Assembly (NCBI GenBank): GCA_018653365.1
Contig: JABIAG010000001.1
Coordinates: 640,001-704,000 of the forward strand
DNA length: 64,000 bases
Origin: Candidatus Woesearchaeota archaeon
GTDB taxonomy: Archaea; Nanobdellota; Nanobdellia; Woesearchaeales; JABIAG01
Direction: 5' to 3'
The notes beneath the pieces are model-generated. The model searched no databases, had not been told where the DNA came from, and saw nothing but the letters and a program-made list of their open reading frames with translations. A program made the position numbers and the translations under genes. Positions 30,537-39,263 of the stretch are shown one piece after another (the first letter of the stretch is position 1; every line of letters starts with the position of its first letter).

Positions 30537-32273
30537 TTATGCATTGCCCCTAGCACCATTAACATACTTAGTTGGGGTGTAATTCACTTTATGGCCCAGA
30601 TAATCATACTCGTCATGAGGAAGCACCATTAGAAGAATAGTTTTATCCCGTTCAATCACATAAATTCCTCGCCAATGGTGAGGTAACTTTATCTTAAAAT
30701 AGGTGCGCTCACCAAGATAACTAAAAATTCGACTTAAGTTATCCTGGGGTCCTTCTTTAACCTTCTTAATAGGTTTAGTTCCAGGTGGGTTTTTTAATCT
30801 TAATAACCTCTCTGCTCGACTTAAAACATCTTCGGGGGCGTTTTTAACAGAGAATGCAACCTCAACAGGTTCTACTTCATCCTCAGACAATAATGCTACC
30901 TGCTGTTCTAAATCAGAAACCTGGTCTTCTAAATCATCTACACGTTTCTGACTAGCTTCATATGCAGTAGTAACTTCAGCACATTCTAATTCTGCTTTTC
31001 TTGCTTGTTCTTCAACATAAGTTAACCTACCAAGATCTCTTTGAACATCAGCAAATTCTTGCGCTCTAGAGGTCTTGTGTTTTTCCACTGCCGCTGCAAC
31101 AGTTTTCTCTCGGCTAGCATGAACGTCAGCCAATTCTTCCCTAAGAGCTGCCTCACTCTCCTTGTGACTTCTTACTTCTGATTTCAAATATGCAGTTCTT
31201 CCTGAAAGTGACTCAATCTGCTTACCTTGCTCACGTGACTGTCTTGTTACCTCTTTTAATTCAGCTTTCATTCTATCATAATCCTCAGTTATTTCAGCAC
31301 CTTTCTCTAAAACATACTTTGAAAGAGTTGACTGTAAACCCAATTGCGTATCTAAACTCCTTTCTTTTTCAGCTTCAGACAGAGTACAAATGTCAAAAGG
31401 CAAACCATGCTGAATAGCCCACTTCATTTTTTCTCCAGTAACTAAAGAATATAGTGCCTCCCACTTACCAAAATGAGCCTTTCTAGAAAACCCAATAAAA
31501 TGTGTTAGCAAAGAGAATTTTAATTCTGGGACTGCCAAAGAACTTGTGGGATGAGCACTCAATTCTCCAGAACCAAAAGCCTTATGCCAGCCCGCAACAA
31601 ATCCCTCATCTTCAAGCATCTTATACGAAAAAACTCTACTTGCATCAATACACGCCTTATGACGATTCATTAAACAGAGCAATAACCTTCCCTGAGTTTC
31701 AGCTATAAAAGAGGGAACTTCAGTTCCTTCATTAAGTCGAGTTCTTGCTTTACCAGACAATCTAAACCCTGCCTCATTAAACTCTTCAGACCAATGATCA
31801 TAAAATGTCGTGGGCGAATAAATTAAATTAATGATATCATCAACATGACCCAGAGTCGCTTTTCTTTTCTTCTTTCTAGATAGTGTTCGACCTGCCTTAG
31901 AAACAGCCCGACACAACCTAGTTGTCAGTCCCACATAATTATCTGCTATTAAAGATTTAATTAGGGGCGCGATCTGCTCTTCTCCCGAACAATTATTTCT
32001 AACTAAATTTGCAAATACATCTCTTGGGAAAAAAGAATCTGTTCTGACACCATCCTTATCAATTATTGCGCGTTGAAGTGCCTTATCAGCTGTTTCGGCA
32101 AGAGCATCTCCCCGAACATATTCAATCCTTAACTTGTAAGGTACTTTAGTAACCATACATGCGGCAACTAAAGCTGCCTGTTTAACTGGATCCTCTTGAG
32201 GATTTGGGTTAAATTCAATAGGGAAATTCCCGTCTACAAGTAAGTTATCTAAACCTGTCACTATCTCGGTCAT
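30537..32273 (-). CDS. Large coiled-coil protein with possible C-terminal RelE/ParE-like domain
   Basis: Long heptad-rich region; C-terminus YFKIKLPHHWRGIYVIERDKTILLMVLPHDEY. Confidence 0.6.
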   Translation of the reverse strand: MTEIVTGLDNLLVDGNFPIEFNPNPQEDPVKQAALVAACMVTKVPYKLRIEYVRGDALAETADKALQRAIIDKDGVRTDSFFPRDVFANLVRNNCSGEEQIAPLIKSLIADNYVGLTTRLCRAVSKAGRTLSRKKKRKATLGHVDDIINLIYSPTTFYDHWSEEFNEAGFRLSGKARTRLNEGTEVPSFIAETQGRLLLCLMNRHKACIDASRVFSYKMLEDEGFVAGWHKAFGSGELSAHPTSSLAVPELKFSLLTHFIGFSRKAHFGKWEALYSLVTGEKMKWAIQHGLPFDICTLSEAEKERSLDTQLGLQSTLSKYVLEKGAEITEDYDRMKAELKEVTRQSREQGKQIESLSGRTAYLKSEVRSHKESEAALREELADVHASREKTVAAAVEKHKTSRAQEFADVQRDLGRLTYVEEQARKAELECAEVTTAYEASQKRVDDLEDQVSDLEQQVALLSEDEVEPVEVAFSVKNAPEDVLSRAERLLRLKNPPGTKPIKKVKEGPQDNLSRIFSYLGERTYFKIKLPHHWRGIYVIERDKTILLMVLPHDEYDYLGHKVNYTPTKYVNGARGNA

Positions 32274-32325
32274 TACTTAAAGTAGTCCGACGGTATTTAA
32301 AAAAGTTTAGCAAAAATAAGCACAA

Positions 32326-33639
32326 TTAAAGCAAAGTCAACATATGCTCTCTAAAGAAGTTCATTGATCGTGGAAACGTATTAACCTTCAAAATAGTCTT
32401 TTGATAATTATCCCTTAACTTAGCAGCTTGCTTTTGTGTTAAACCTGATTTAACCTCATAAGTTAGATTTGGTTCTAGAACAGTACGAGGATGTTCAGTG
32501 ATAGATTTAATTTGAAACTTATTTGGGTTGGAAAATATTTCCGTATTCTTTTGCAAACCAAAAACAGAAAAAGAAACTAAATCTATTGGATTAGTTTCAA
32601 TTAATTTAATTGATTCCAAGAATTCTTCTTTGGTTTCAGAAGGAAATCCCGCAATCATGTACACAACGTTCTTTATGCCTGCATCGTGAGAGTTCTTTAA
32701 AACAGTTTGAATATCTTTAACATTAGTTCCTTTATTTATTAATTTAAGAATTCTGTTACTAGCTGATTCAACCCCCCACATAATCATCTTTAAACCAGAT
32801 TCTCTTAAAATTGTTAAGGTGTTAAGGTCTAGGTCTATTGTTGGTTTTAGCTGACAGGTCCAAGAAATGTTTAATGGCTTGAATGCTTTGGCTAATTTTA
32901 GTAATCTAGTTTTGTGGATCATATCATCAATTAAGAAAAAATGCTTTTGTTTAGATGAAATAATTGTTTTTAGGATGTCTTCAATAGGGAGTTCTTGATA
33001 AGGTTGCTGATTGTAATGAGTACAAAAAGTACACTTCTTATAATAACAAGAAGAAGACGTTTTTAGTGGGATAACTGGATGCGGGGTGAAGTATTCATCT
33101 AGGTTATAAATTGAAAAATCAGGAACTGAAGGGAGAGTGTTGGTCGTGTTTAAGTAATTTAATAATTCAGCTTCATCACTTAAATACGTTGAGAGCTTCT
33201 TTAACTTATCATTCACTGCAGGCCCACCAATAACCGTTGGAATGTTTAGTTCTCTTAGTAATGCAGTTGCGTAAAACGCCTGACTTGAATAAACAATACT
33301 GAACGCGACTAGGTCAGGTTTTTGCTCTTTTATCTTATTTAATAATTCGTTGAACAATTCTGGCTTTTCTCCGTTTACCACTTTCTTATTGTTTTCAGAA
33401 TAAACTTTTCCGGACTCTTTAGTAAACTTAGAAGCAACCTCTTCATAATCATCCCAATTAGTTTGTTTACAGTATTTTTTGAACTCGGGAAACTTTAACT
33501 TATGAAATTCTAAGTTTAGGTCAAGTACGGTTATGTTATGATCAGTATTGGCTTTTAAAACCGAATGTAAATGCGTTAAAGAATAGGGAGGAGTAACAGG
33601 CGTACAAAAAGGAAGATATACCAATAATATGTTTTTCAT
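32326..33639 (-). CDS. B12-binding radical SAM protein
   Basis: N-terminal cobalamin-binding-like domain (PPYSL, DLN, PDLVAFS, VIGGP); CYYKKCTFC, WGVES, GFPSET. Confidence 0.85.
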   Translation of the reverse strand: MKNILLVYLPFCTPVTPPYSLTHLHSVLKANTDHNITVLDLNLEFHKLKFPEFKKYCKQTNWDDYEEVASKFTKESGKVYSENNKKVVNGEKPELFNELLNKIKEQKPDLVAFSIVYSSQAFYATALLRELNIPTVIGGPAVNDKLKKLSTYLSDEAELLNYLNTTNTLPSVPDFSIYNLDEYFTPHPVIPLKTSSSCYYKKCTFCTHYNQQPYQELPIEDILKTIISSKQKHFFLIDDMIHKTRLLKLAKAFKPLNISWTCQLKPTIDLDLNTLTILRESGLKMIMWGVESASNRILKLINKGTNVKDIQTVLKNSHDAGIKNVVYMIAGFPSETKEEFLESIKLIETNPIDLVSFSVFGLQKNTEIFSNPNKFQIKSITEHPRTVLEPNLTYEVKSGLTQKQAAKLRDNYQKTILKVNTFPRSMNFFREHMLTLL

Positions 33640-33719
33640 ACTTATTGTTAAACTGATTAGATTATAATAGTATTGGTTGAATGCCCCAAAAAAAGAATTA
33701 AAAAGATAGATGTTTATGT

Positions 33720-34358
33720 TTAGACAACGTTAGATTCAATAATTTTACAAATATTTTTAACAGTTTCCTCAAAGTCCCCTGAATTATCAACCTCAACAAC
33801 ATTATGATCTGAAACCCGTTCATAAATTAGATCTCTTTGCTTGTAAATTGATCTCATGTCATCTGTGACAGTCTCCCCACGTTCACAAAGACGCGCCTCT
33901 TGCACTTCAGCAGGCAACTTTAACATAATTGTTAAATCAGGCTTCTTAAGGGGTTTTAGTAATTCACCCATCCAATCAATTAATTCGGAAATACTTTTAG
34001 ACTCGTAATCAGAAAGGATTTTTGGAATTTCACAAGAGAAAACACTTGCGACATGACGATCTTTAAGAATAATTTTATTACTACTCAACGCAGGAATTAT
34101 GAACTTTTCATTAAAATAAACCAGATCGGAAAAAACTAAGGAAAACCCATACATTGACAAAGGACCCTTCTCTTTTGGAACCAAAAAAGAATCTTGTTCA
34201 AGCAAAGTCTGAAGTGCAACTCCAACTTCTGAATCAGAAAACTCCGCTAATTTTAATATCTCTCGCCCACGCTTTTGCAGTTCTTGACTTACCGCCTCAA
34301 TAAGTGATGACTTGCCACAAGCATCCAATCCTTCAAAAGCAACCAAAAGACCCGACAA
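33720..34358 (-). CDS. Thymidylate-kinase-like nucleotide kinase 1
   Basis: VAFEGLDACGKSS P-loop, LKDRH, PDLTIML; TTG start at 34358, just after the upstream stop, with a GAGGGG RBS. Confidence 0.85.
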   Translation of the reverse strand: MSGLLVAFEGLDACGKSSLIEAVSQELQKRGREILKLAEFSDSEVGVALQTLLEQDSFLVPKEKGPLSMYGFSLVFSDLVYFNEKFIIPALSSNKIILKDRHVASVFSCEIPKILSDYESKSISELIDWMGELLKPLKKPDLTIMLKLPAEVQEARLCERGETVTDDMRSIYKQRDLIYERVSDHNVVEVDNSGDFEETVKNICKIIESNVV

Positions 34359-34359
34359 C

Positions 34360-36510
34360 TCAACACCCCTCAAGAATGTTCCTAACCTCTGATGTGATTC
34401 GGTTGTATTCTGCAGAATCTTTTGTCGCCCAACAAGAGGCATCATGTTCAGTAAGAACAACAGGCCCTTCACTAACCTCAACTAAAAAATTAAACTGTCT
34501 TACAGACTTACCACTTCCAGAAACATAGTCAAAAGAACCAACATATGATTTAAAATCTTGAACATCCAACCCAGTCTCTTCTTTAACCTCTCGCACAGTG
34601 CCCTCTTTTAATCCTTCCCCTGGATTTAAATTCCCACTTGGCAGTTCATAAATTCCCCCCATAAAGTCTGAAGAAGGCCGGTGTAATAACAAGAACTTAC
34701 CCTCGCGTTTTATTACTGCGCCTACAACAAGTTTTTGTATTCCTTCCTCCTCAGACACTTTTATTAATTCAGTAATGGTTTCATCCAACATTTTTGGTTT
34801 TAAGAGAGCTTTGTGGCTTTTTATAACTTTCCTAAATGCCCTAATATATTCTTCGACAAGCTCTAAATCATCCAAATCATGCCAAACAGGAATCTTAAGA
34901 GCGTTCTTGTAAAAGCTTTCCGCATGAGGCATATCTCCCCACGTATAGTTTAACTTCCCATCATAATTTGGAAAAAGCTTTTCGGGCTGTTGCAATAACG
35001 GTAATAGGTTAAGAGCTCCAGTTGATCCCGGATGGTCCAATTCACAACACCCTTCAGCCAATAACGCATCATAAAACGTATCAAATGGCAAACCATCTAA
35101 CTCCGCGGAAACGTATTGAATTGTAAAAGCATACCAACTAGGGTCTTTATCTTCAAAGTCCGGAATGTGAATCCCTTTTAACCCCTTTAACCCCTCAACA
35201 AGTCGCGATGCAATAATCCTCCGCGTCTCAACTAATTCCTCAACAGACTCCAATTGTTCGTAAACAATAGCAGCAGCGATAGGGTGAATTCTGAATTTTA
35301 ATCCCATTCCCGTAACTGCGTATTTGTAATATTCTGAATCTTTTGGAATCTCATTCTTACAACGCTTGTTATAATGGCCCAATAATAAAGCGCGATGAAA
35401 AACTTCGTCATTGTTTGTTATTAAACAACCTCCTTCCCCCCCTGTAACAGTTTTAGGACCTTGAATGCTGAACGCGGCGGCATCGCCAAAGGTTCCAACG
35501 AACCGACCTTTATACTTAGCAAAATGTGCATGGGAACAATCTTCCAATAACAAAAGATTATTTTCTTTAGCAATCTTAACAATCGCATCCATATCGCATG
35601 GAACCCCCCACATATGTGTAATAATAATCGCTTTAGTCTTGGAAGAAATCTTCTTTTTAATCTCTAACGGATCTATATTCCCATCTGCATTACAATCTGC
35701 CAAGACAGGTATTGCCCCTGTAAAAAAAAGCGGAGTAATAGTTGCATGAAACGTATATGCCGGACAAATAACTTCATCCCCCTCCTTTAAATTTGCAGCA
35801 ACAAATAAAGAGTGTAAAGCAGAAGTTCCTGAATTCGTTAGTAATGCGTGTTTAACCCCATAAATCTTACAAAACTTATCCTCCAACTCCTCAATAATCC
35901 CTGATCGATCATAAATTGAAATGTTTGAATATAACTGTTTCTTTACTGCTTCTTCTGTTCGCTTTGAAATTATTGGCCAAGAATAATGTGAATGAATACG
36001 CGTTACAACCTTTTTTCCACCCAGGATTGCTAATTTATCTTCATCCAAAAAACCATTCAAAAATGTTAGTTGTTGTTCCCTATACTCTTTAACATCTGAA
36101 GCGAAGGGCGAAGAAGAATTAATCTTAGATATCACCTCTTTTAACTCCATAAACTTGCTTCCTTCCCAATAATCTTCAACCTCCTCAACTGAAGAACAGG
36201 ATAAGACTTTTCCAAAGAAAAAATACATGTTGTCCCCTTTATACTTCAAATAACGTGCTTTTTGTTTTTCTGTTTTAGCCCAGGTATCTCCCCAAACAGT
36301 TTTTAATTGACCCAAGCTCCCAACAATCTTTACATTAAACCCAGTCTCTTCAAGCGTTTCACGAATCATTCCAGTTTTAACATTCTCATTATCAATCCCG
36401 CCTCCTGGAAAGATGATCAGACCATTATCTTCCTTAGCGAGGATCTCACCCTTATCATTAAAAAAATACCCTTCACAATTTTTTCGTAAAGGCAATAAAC
36501 CTCTGTTCAT
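34360..36510 (-). CDS. Nudix - DegT/DnrJ/EryC1/StrS PLP aminotransferase - Nudix triple fusion
   Basis: Nudix box FPGGGID...RETLEETG; aminotransferase motifs TNSGTSAL, EDCSHA, FSIQGPKTVTGGEGG; second Nudix box LPSGNLNPGEGLKEGTVREVKEETG. Confidence 0.92.
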   Translation of the reverse strand: MNRGLLPLRKNCEGYFFNDKGEILAKEDNGLIIFPGGGIDNENVKTGMIRETLEETGFNVKIVGSLGQLKTVWGDTWAKTEKQKARYLKYKGDNMYFFFGKVLSCSSVEEVEDYWEGSKFMELKEVISKINSSSPFASDVKEYREQQLTFLNGFLDEDKLAILGGKKVVTRIHSHYSWPIISKRTEEAVKKQLYSNISIYDRSGIIEELEDKFCKIYGVKHALLTNSGTSALHSLFVAANLKEGDEVICPAYTFHATITPLFFTGAIPVLADCNADGNIDPLEIKKKISSKTKAIIITHMWGVPCDMDAIVKIAKENNLLLLEDCSHAHFAKYKGRFVGTFGDAAAFSIQGPKTVTGGEGGCLITNNDEVFHRALLLGHYNKRCKNEIPKDSEYYKYAVTGMGLKFRIHPIAAAIVYEQLESVEELVETRRIIASRLVEGLKGLKGIHIPDFEDKDPSWYAFTIQYVSAELDGLPFDTFYDALLAEGCCELDHPGSTGALNLLPLLQQPEKLFPNYDGKLNYTWGDMPHAESFYKNALKIPVWHDLDDLELVEEYIRAFRKVIKSHKALLKPKMLDETITELIKVSEEEGIQKLVVGAVIKREGKFLLLHRPSSDFMGGIYELPSGNLNPGEGLKEGTVREVKEETGLDVQDFKSYVGSFDYVSGSGKSVRQFNFLVEVSEGPVVLTEHDASCWATKDSAEYNRITSEVRNILEGC

Positions 36511-37136
36511 TTTAACACCTCATGTTTAACCAAGCCATAAATTTCATCAGCAATAATACGCTCATCCCTCTGTCCATCAACACGAATAAATCTTGTGTTT
36601 CTTAACGTTGAGGGTCGTTCACTTCCCATTATTCTCTCATAAGCACCTTTAAAGTTTATTAATTCGCCAAGATTCTCGTCACATAACCTTCCTTTACGGT
36701 TTTCGATTCGCTCAAATGCTTGTTCAGGTTCAACATCCAAAAACAAAACCGTTCTAGGCACTGCTGAAATCTCAACCAAGTCCAAAAACCAAAATGGAAG
36801 TAGATCTAGGTGACTTGCATATGCAGTAACAATAGACCTATCTGCAATAAGCACGTTCCCTTCACCAGATTTGGCCTTTTTATAACTTGCTCTTGACGAC
36901 AACGCATACAATGTTTCTTGAAAGTACCGCGATTGTCTTACGCACCTTATTGGTGCAGGAACATCTTCAGAATAACATGCCTTTATCATATTCCCCCAAA
37001 AGTTATCCTTGGCAGTATAATGCCAGAAACGGACAGGCATTAATTCCTCAACTAATCGTTTTATTAACAATTCTGCCTGCGTGGTTTTGCCTGAACCATC
37101 AATACCCTCAAAAGCTAAATCAAAGTACTCAATCAT
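36507..37136 (-). CDS. Thymidylate-kinase-like nucleotide kinase 2
   Basis: AFEGIDGSGKTTQ, IADRS, LFLDV.PE.AFERI. Confidence 0.88.
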   Translation of the reverse strand: MIEYFDLAFEGIDGSGKTTQAELLIKRLVEELMPVRFWHYTAKDNFWGNMIKACYSEDVPAPIRCVRQSRYFQETLYALSSRASYKKAKSGEGNVLIADRSIVTAYASHLDLLPFWFLDLVEISAVPRTVLFLDVEPEQAFERIENRKGRLCDENLGELINFKGAYERIMGSERPSTLRNTRFIRVDGQRDERIIADEIYGLVKHEVLK

Positions 37137-37138
37137 TT

Positions 37139-38242
37139 TTAAGCAAAATAATCCTCCATAACCTCATCACGTCTAACATCAACAGTCGAACAATGAATAC
37201 CCCCACCAAACAATTCACTATGTCTTAGCCTAAACGGAATTGGTTCAAATCCAGCACGTTCTAATGCCTTAATTGTTAATTCTGCAGTATCTCGAATGAG
37301 AACTCGCCTTTCATCTAAGGAAATAACATTTACACTCATACCAACATTAGTTGCCATCTGTAAATGATCATCAGGATAATCAAAATCTGTTGATTTATCA
37401 AAGATCGGAATTACATCCCATCTTTGAAGTTCGTCAGGCAACTGCTGATAAAAACCATGCATGGCACCTTCATTAACTAACAATTTTCCAGGCGCAAGAG
37501 GAACCAAATGTCCATCAATGTGCGTATCACAAAGACGAATTGGATGAACGCGATAAGAATCCCCAAGATGACGCTGTAACCAGGTTGCTCCCAGTTCATG
37601 ATTCATAGTCCCAACATTCATAACCACATCCCTACCAAACTTCAAACAGTTTGCAGCATCAAAAGCGATGTCTAAACTTTCAGGCAGGTCTTCGGGTTGC
37701 CTTATTGGATCGTGTAAGTTCTCTTTCCAATAAGAAAAATCAAGTGAATCTTCCCTCATAGAAGGCCGCGGAGCCACAGTCCATTTTGCACCCGCCCTAA
37801 AATACTCCATAAAAACATTTCTTAAAAGTAAGTGCTCAAAATATCTCTTTCGATTTGTTGGGGGGGACTCAATAACCTCGTTCCCAATACAAAAATACAT
37901 ATCTCTTGGTGAATCGCACCCAGTAGTGTAAGACTCAAAATGAGGAGTCTTAACTGCCTCAATCGCATCTAAACGTGCGGGACGACGAACCACTATGCCT
38001 TCACCCTCTAAAAGAGCCTGCATTGCATCAAGATCTTCCTGTCTTTCATCAAGATATCTTTGATCAATCTTATGTGGATCATCTCGATCAGCAAATTTGC
38101 CATCACGATTCTCATACATAAACCTAAACGTTTCATCAATGCCCTGCATGTTAAAATTAACACAAGACCCAATAATTATTTCACGTAACGGGGCCCATTC
38201 AGTAAATACATTCACTCTCTGATTGTTTGTTTGTCCATTCAT
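37139..38242 (-). CDS. L-arginine-dependent amidinotransferase (glycine/inosamine-phosphate amidinotransferase family)
   Basis: VFTEWAPLREIIIG, PRD, catalytic Asp (FDAAN), His (THIDG) and Cys (GGGIHCST); ATG 38242 preferred over 38272. Confidence 0.92.
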   Translation of the reverse strand: MNGQTNNQRVNVFTEWAPLREIIIGSCVNFNMQGIDETFRFMYENRDGKFADRDDPHKIDQRYLDERQEDLDAMQALLEGEGIVVRRPARLDAIEAVKTPHFESYTTGCDSPRDMYFCIGNEVIESPPTNRKRYFEHLLLRNVFMEYFRAGAKWTVAPRPSMREDSLDFSYWKENLHDPIRQPEDLPESLDIAFDAANCLKFGRDVVMNVGTMNHELGATWLQRHLGDSYRVHPIRLCDTHIDGHLVPLAPGKLLVNEGAMHGFYQQLPDELQRWDVIPIFDKSTDFDYPDDHLQMATNVGMSVNVISLDERRVLIRDTAELTIKALERAGFEPIPFRLRHSELFGGGIHCSTVDVRRDEVMEDYFA

Positions 38243-39146
38243 TTTTCTTTTTATAAGGACAAGAACTCCCAAGATAACTTAAAGCTAACCTAATCTTATT
38301 AATTAAATTGAGTTCTGCTCTGTCCTTAATTTCCTCCAAAATATTTATCATTTTTAATTGCGACCTGCAAGGCTTAATCTCGCCTTGCGGAGTAACAAAA
38401 AGATCATTATATTTTCTACAAAACTTACACGGATGACTAATCTCCTCTGCAAATGCACAAAAAATTCTACTTAATCGCACATGAAGTTTGCCCCTTAAAA
38501 AATCAATTGTTCTGTTACCTGCATCCACACGCTTAAATTTTAACTTGTTCAACAACTTTTTAAAATCAGAAATCGAATAAAATCCTTCAGCAGTCTTAGG
38601 AAACAATTCTACAAACTTGACAGACGCATTAAGTTGTTTAGCCAAGGTGAAGTACTCTTCCAGGGATTCTTCAGAGGTGTTAACCCCATTAATTATTGTT
38701 GCATTAAGCCTAATCTCAACTTGAGGATGGGCTAACCTAAACAAAAATAACCCATCCAATACCTTGTCAAAAGAATCCTTTTGGCACACTAACTTTTCAT
38801 AAACCTTCTTATCTAATGAATGAAGAGAAATGTTTATTCTATCAATGTATTTACCAATTTCAAGCTTGTCTTTCAGAAAAAACCCATTAGAAGTTATTAC
38901 AATCTTACCCCCTTGTTTCTTTATTTCTTTTGCTATCTCAACTATATCGGATCTAACCAAAGGTTCGCCACCAGTAAGAGTCACATCAGTAAATCCAAAC
39001 TTTTTTTTCCCAGTTTTAAACAAAACCCCGTAGTCCTTAGATGAAAGCAAATCAGCATTAACATTCTTGATCCCTTCACCATGACAGAAAACACAATCGT
39101 AATTACAACGCTTAGTTACAACAAATCTAAACTCTCGCTGAGCCAT
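38199..39146 (-). CDS. MoaA-like radical SAM enzyme with twitch-type C-terminal cysteines
   Basis: RFVVTKRCNYDCVFCH.EG, LTGGEP, RINISL, CKFC...VTPQGEIKPC. Confidence 0.85.
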   Translation of the reverse strand: MAQREFRFVVTKRCNYDCVFCHGEGIKNVNADLLSSKDYGVLFKTGKKKFGFTDVTLTGGEPLVRSDIVEIAKEIKKQGGKIVITSNGFFLKDKLEIGKYIDRINISLHSLDKKVYEKLVCQKDSFDKVLDGLFLFRLAHPQVEIRLNATIINGVNTSEESLEEYFTLAKQLNASVKFVELFPKTAEGFYSISDFKKLLNKLKFKRVDAGNRTIDFLRGKLHVRLSRIFCAFAEEISHPCKFCRKYNDLFVTPQGEIKPCRSQLKMINILEEIKDRAELNLINKIRLALSYLGSSCPYKKKNEWTNKQSESECIY

Positions 39147-39191
39147 TTAAACCGTTAATGAGTGAACGTATTTAAAAGTAGTTTACGAGGA

Positions 39192-39246
39192 TTAAATAGT
39201 TTTCTCAGAAGAGTTTAGAATTAAACAAATTTTTAAACCATTTAAG
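39192..39246 (-). promoter_or_regulatory. Promoter-like box plus 26-bp putative operator upstream of operon A
   Basis: ttaaatagttttct (39192-39205) and ttaaacaaatttttaaaccatttaag (39221-39246); both recur upstream of the next gene. Confidence 0.5.
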
Positions 39247-39263
39247 AGTTTAGTTAAACAAAC

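Noticed and set aside
34359-34481. N-terminal extension of kinase 1
   Set aside because: It overlaps the fusion gene; TTG 34358 with an RBS places the P-loop at its normal N-terminal position.
38199-39146. Calling this gene moaA or viperin
   Set aside because: MoaA-specific Arg residues and the GG tail are missing, and the twitch-type cysteines are not a viperin feature.
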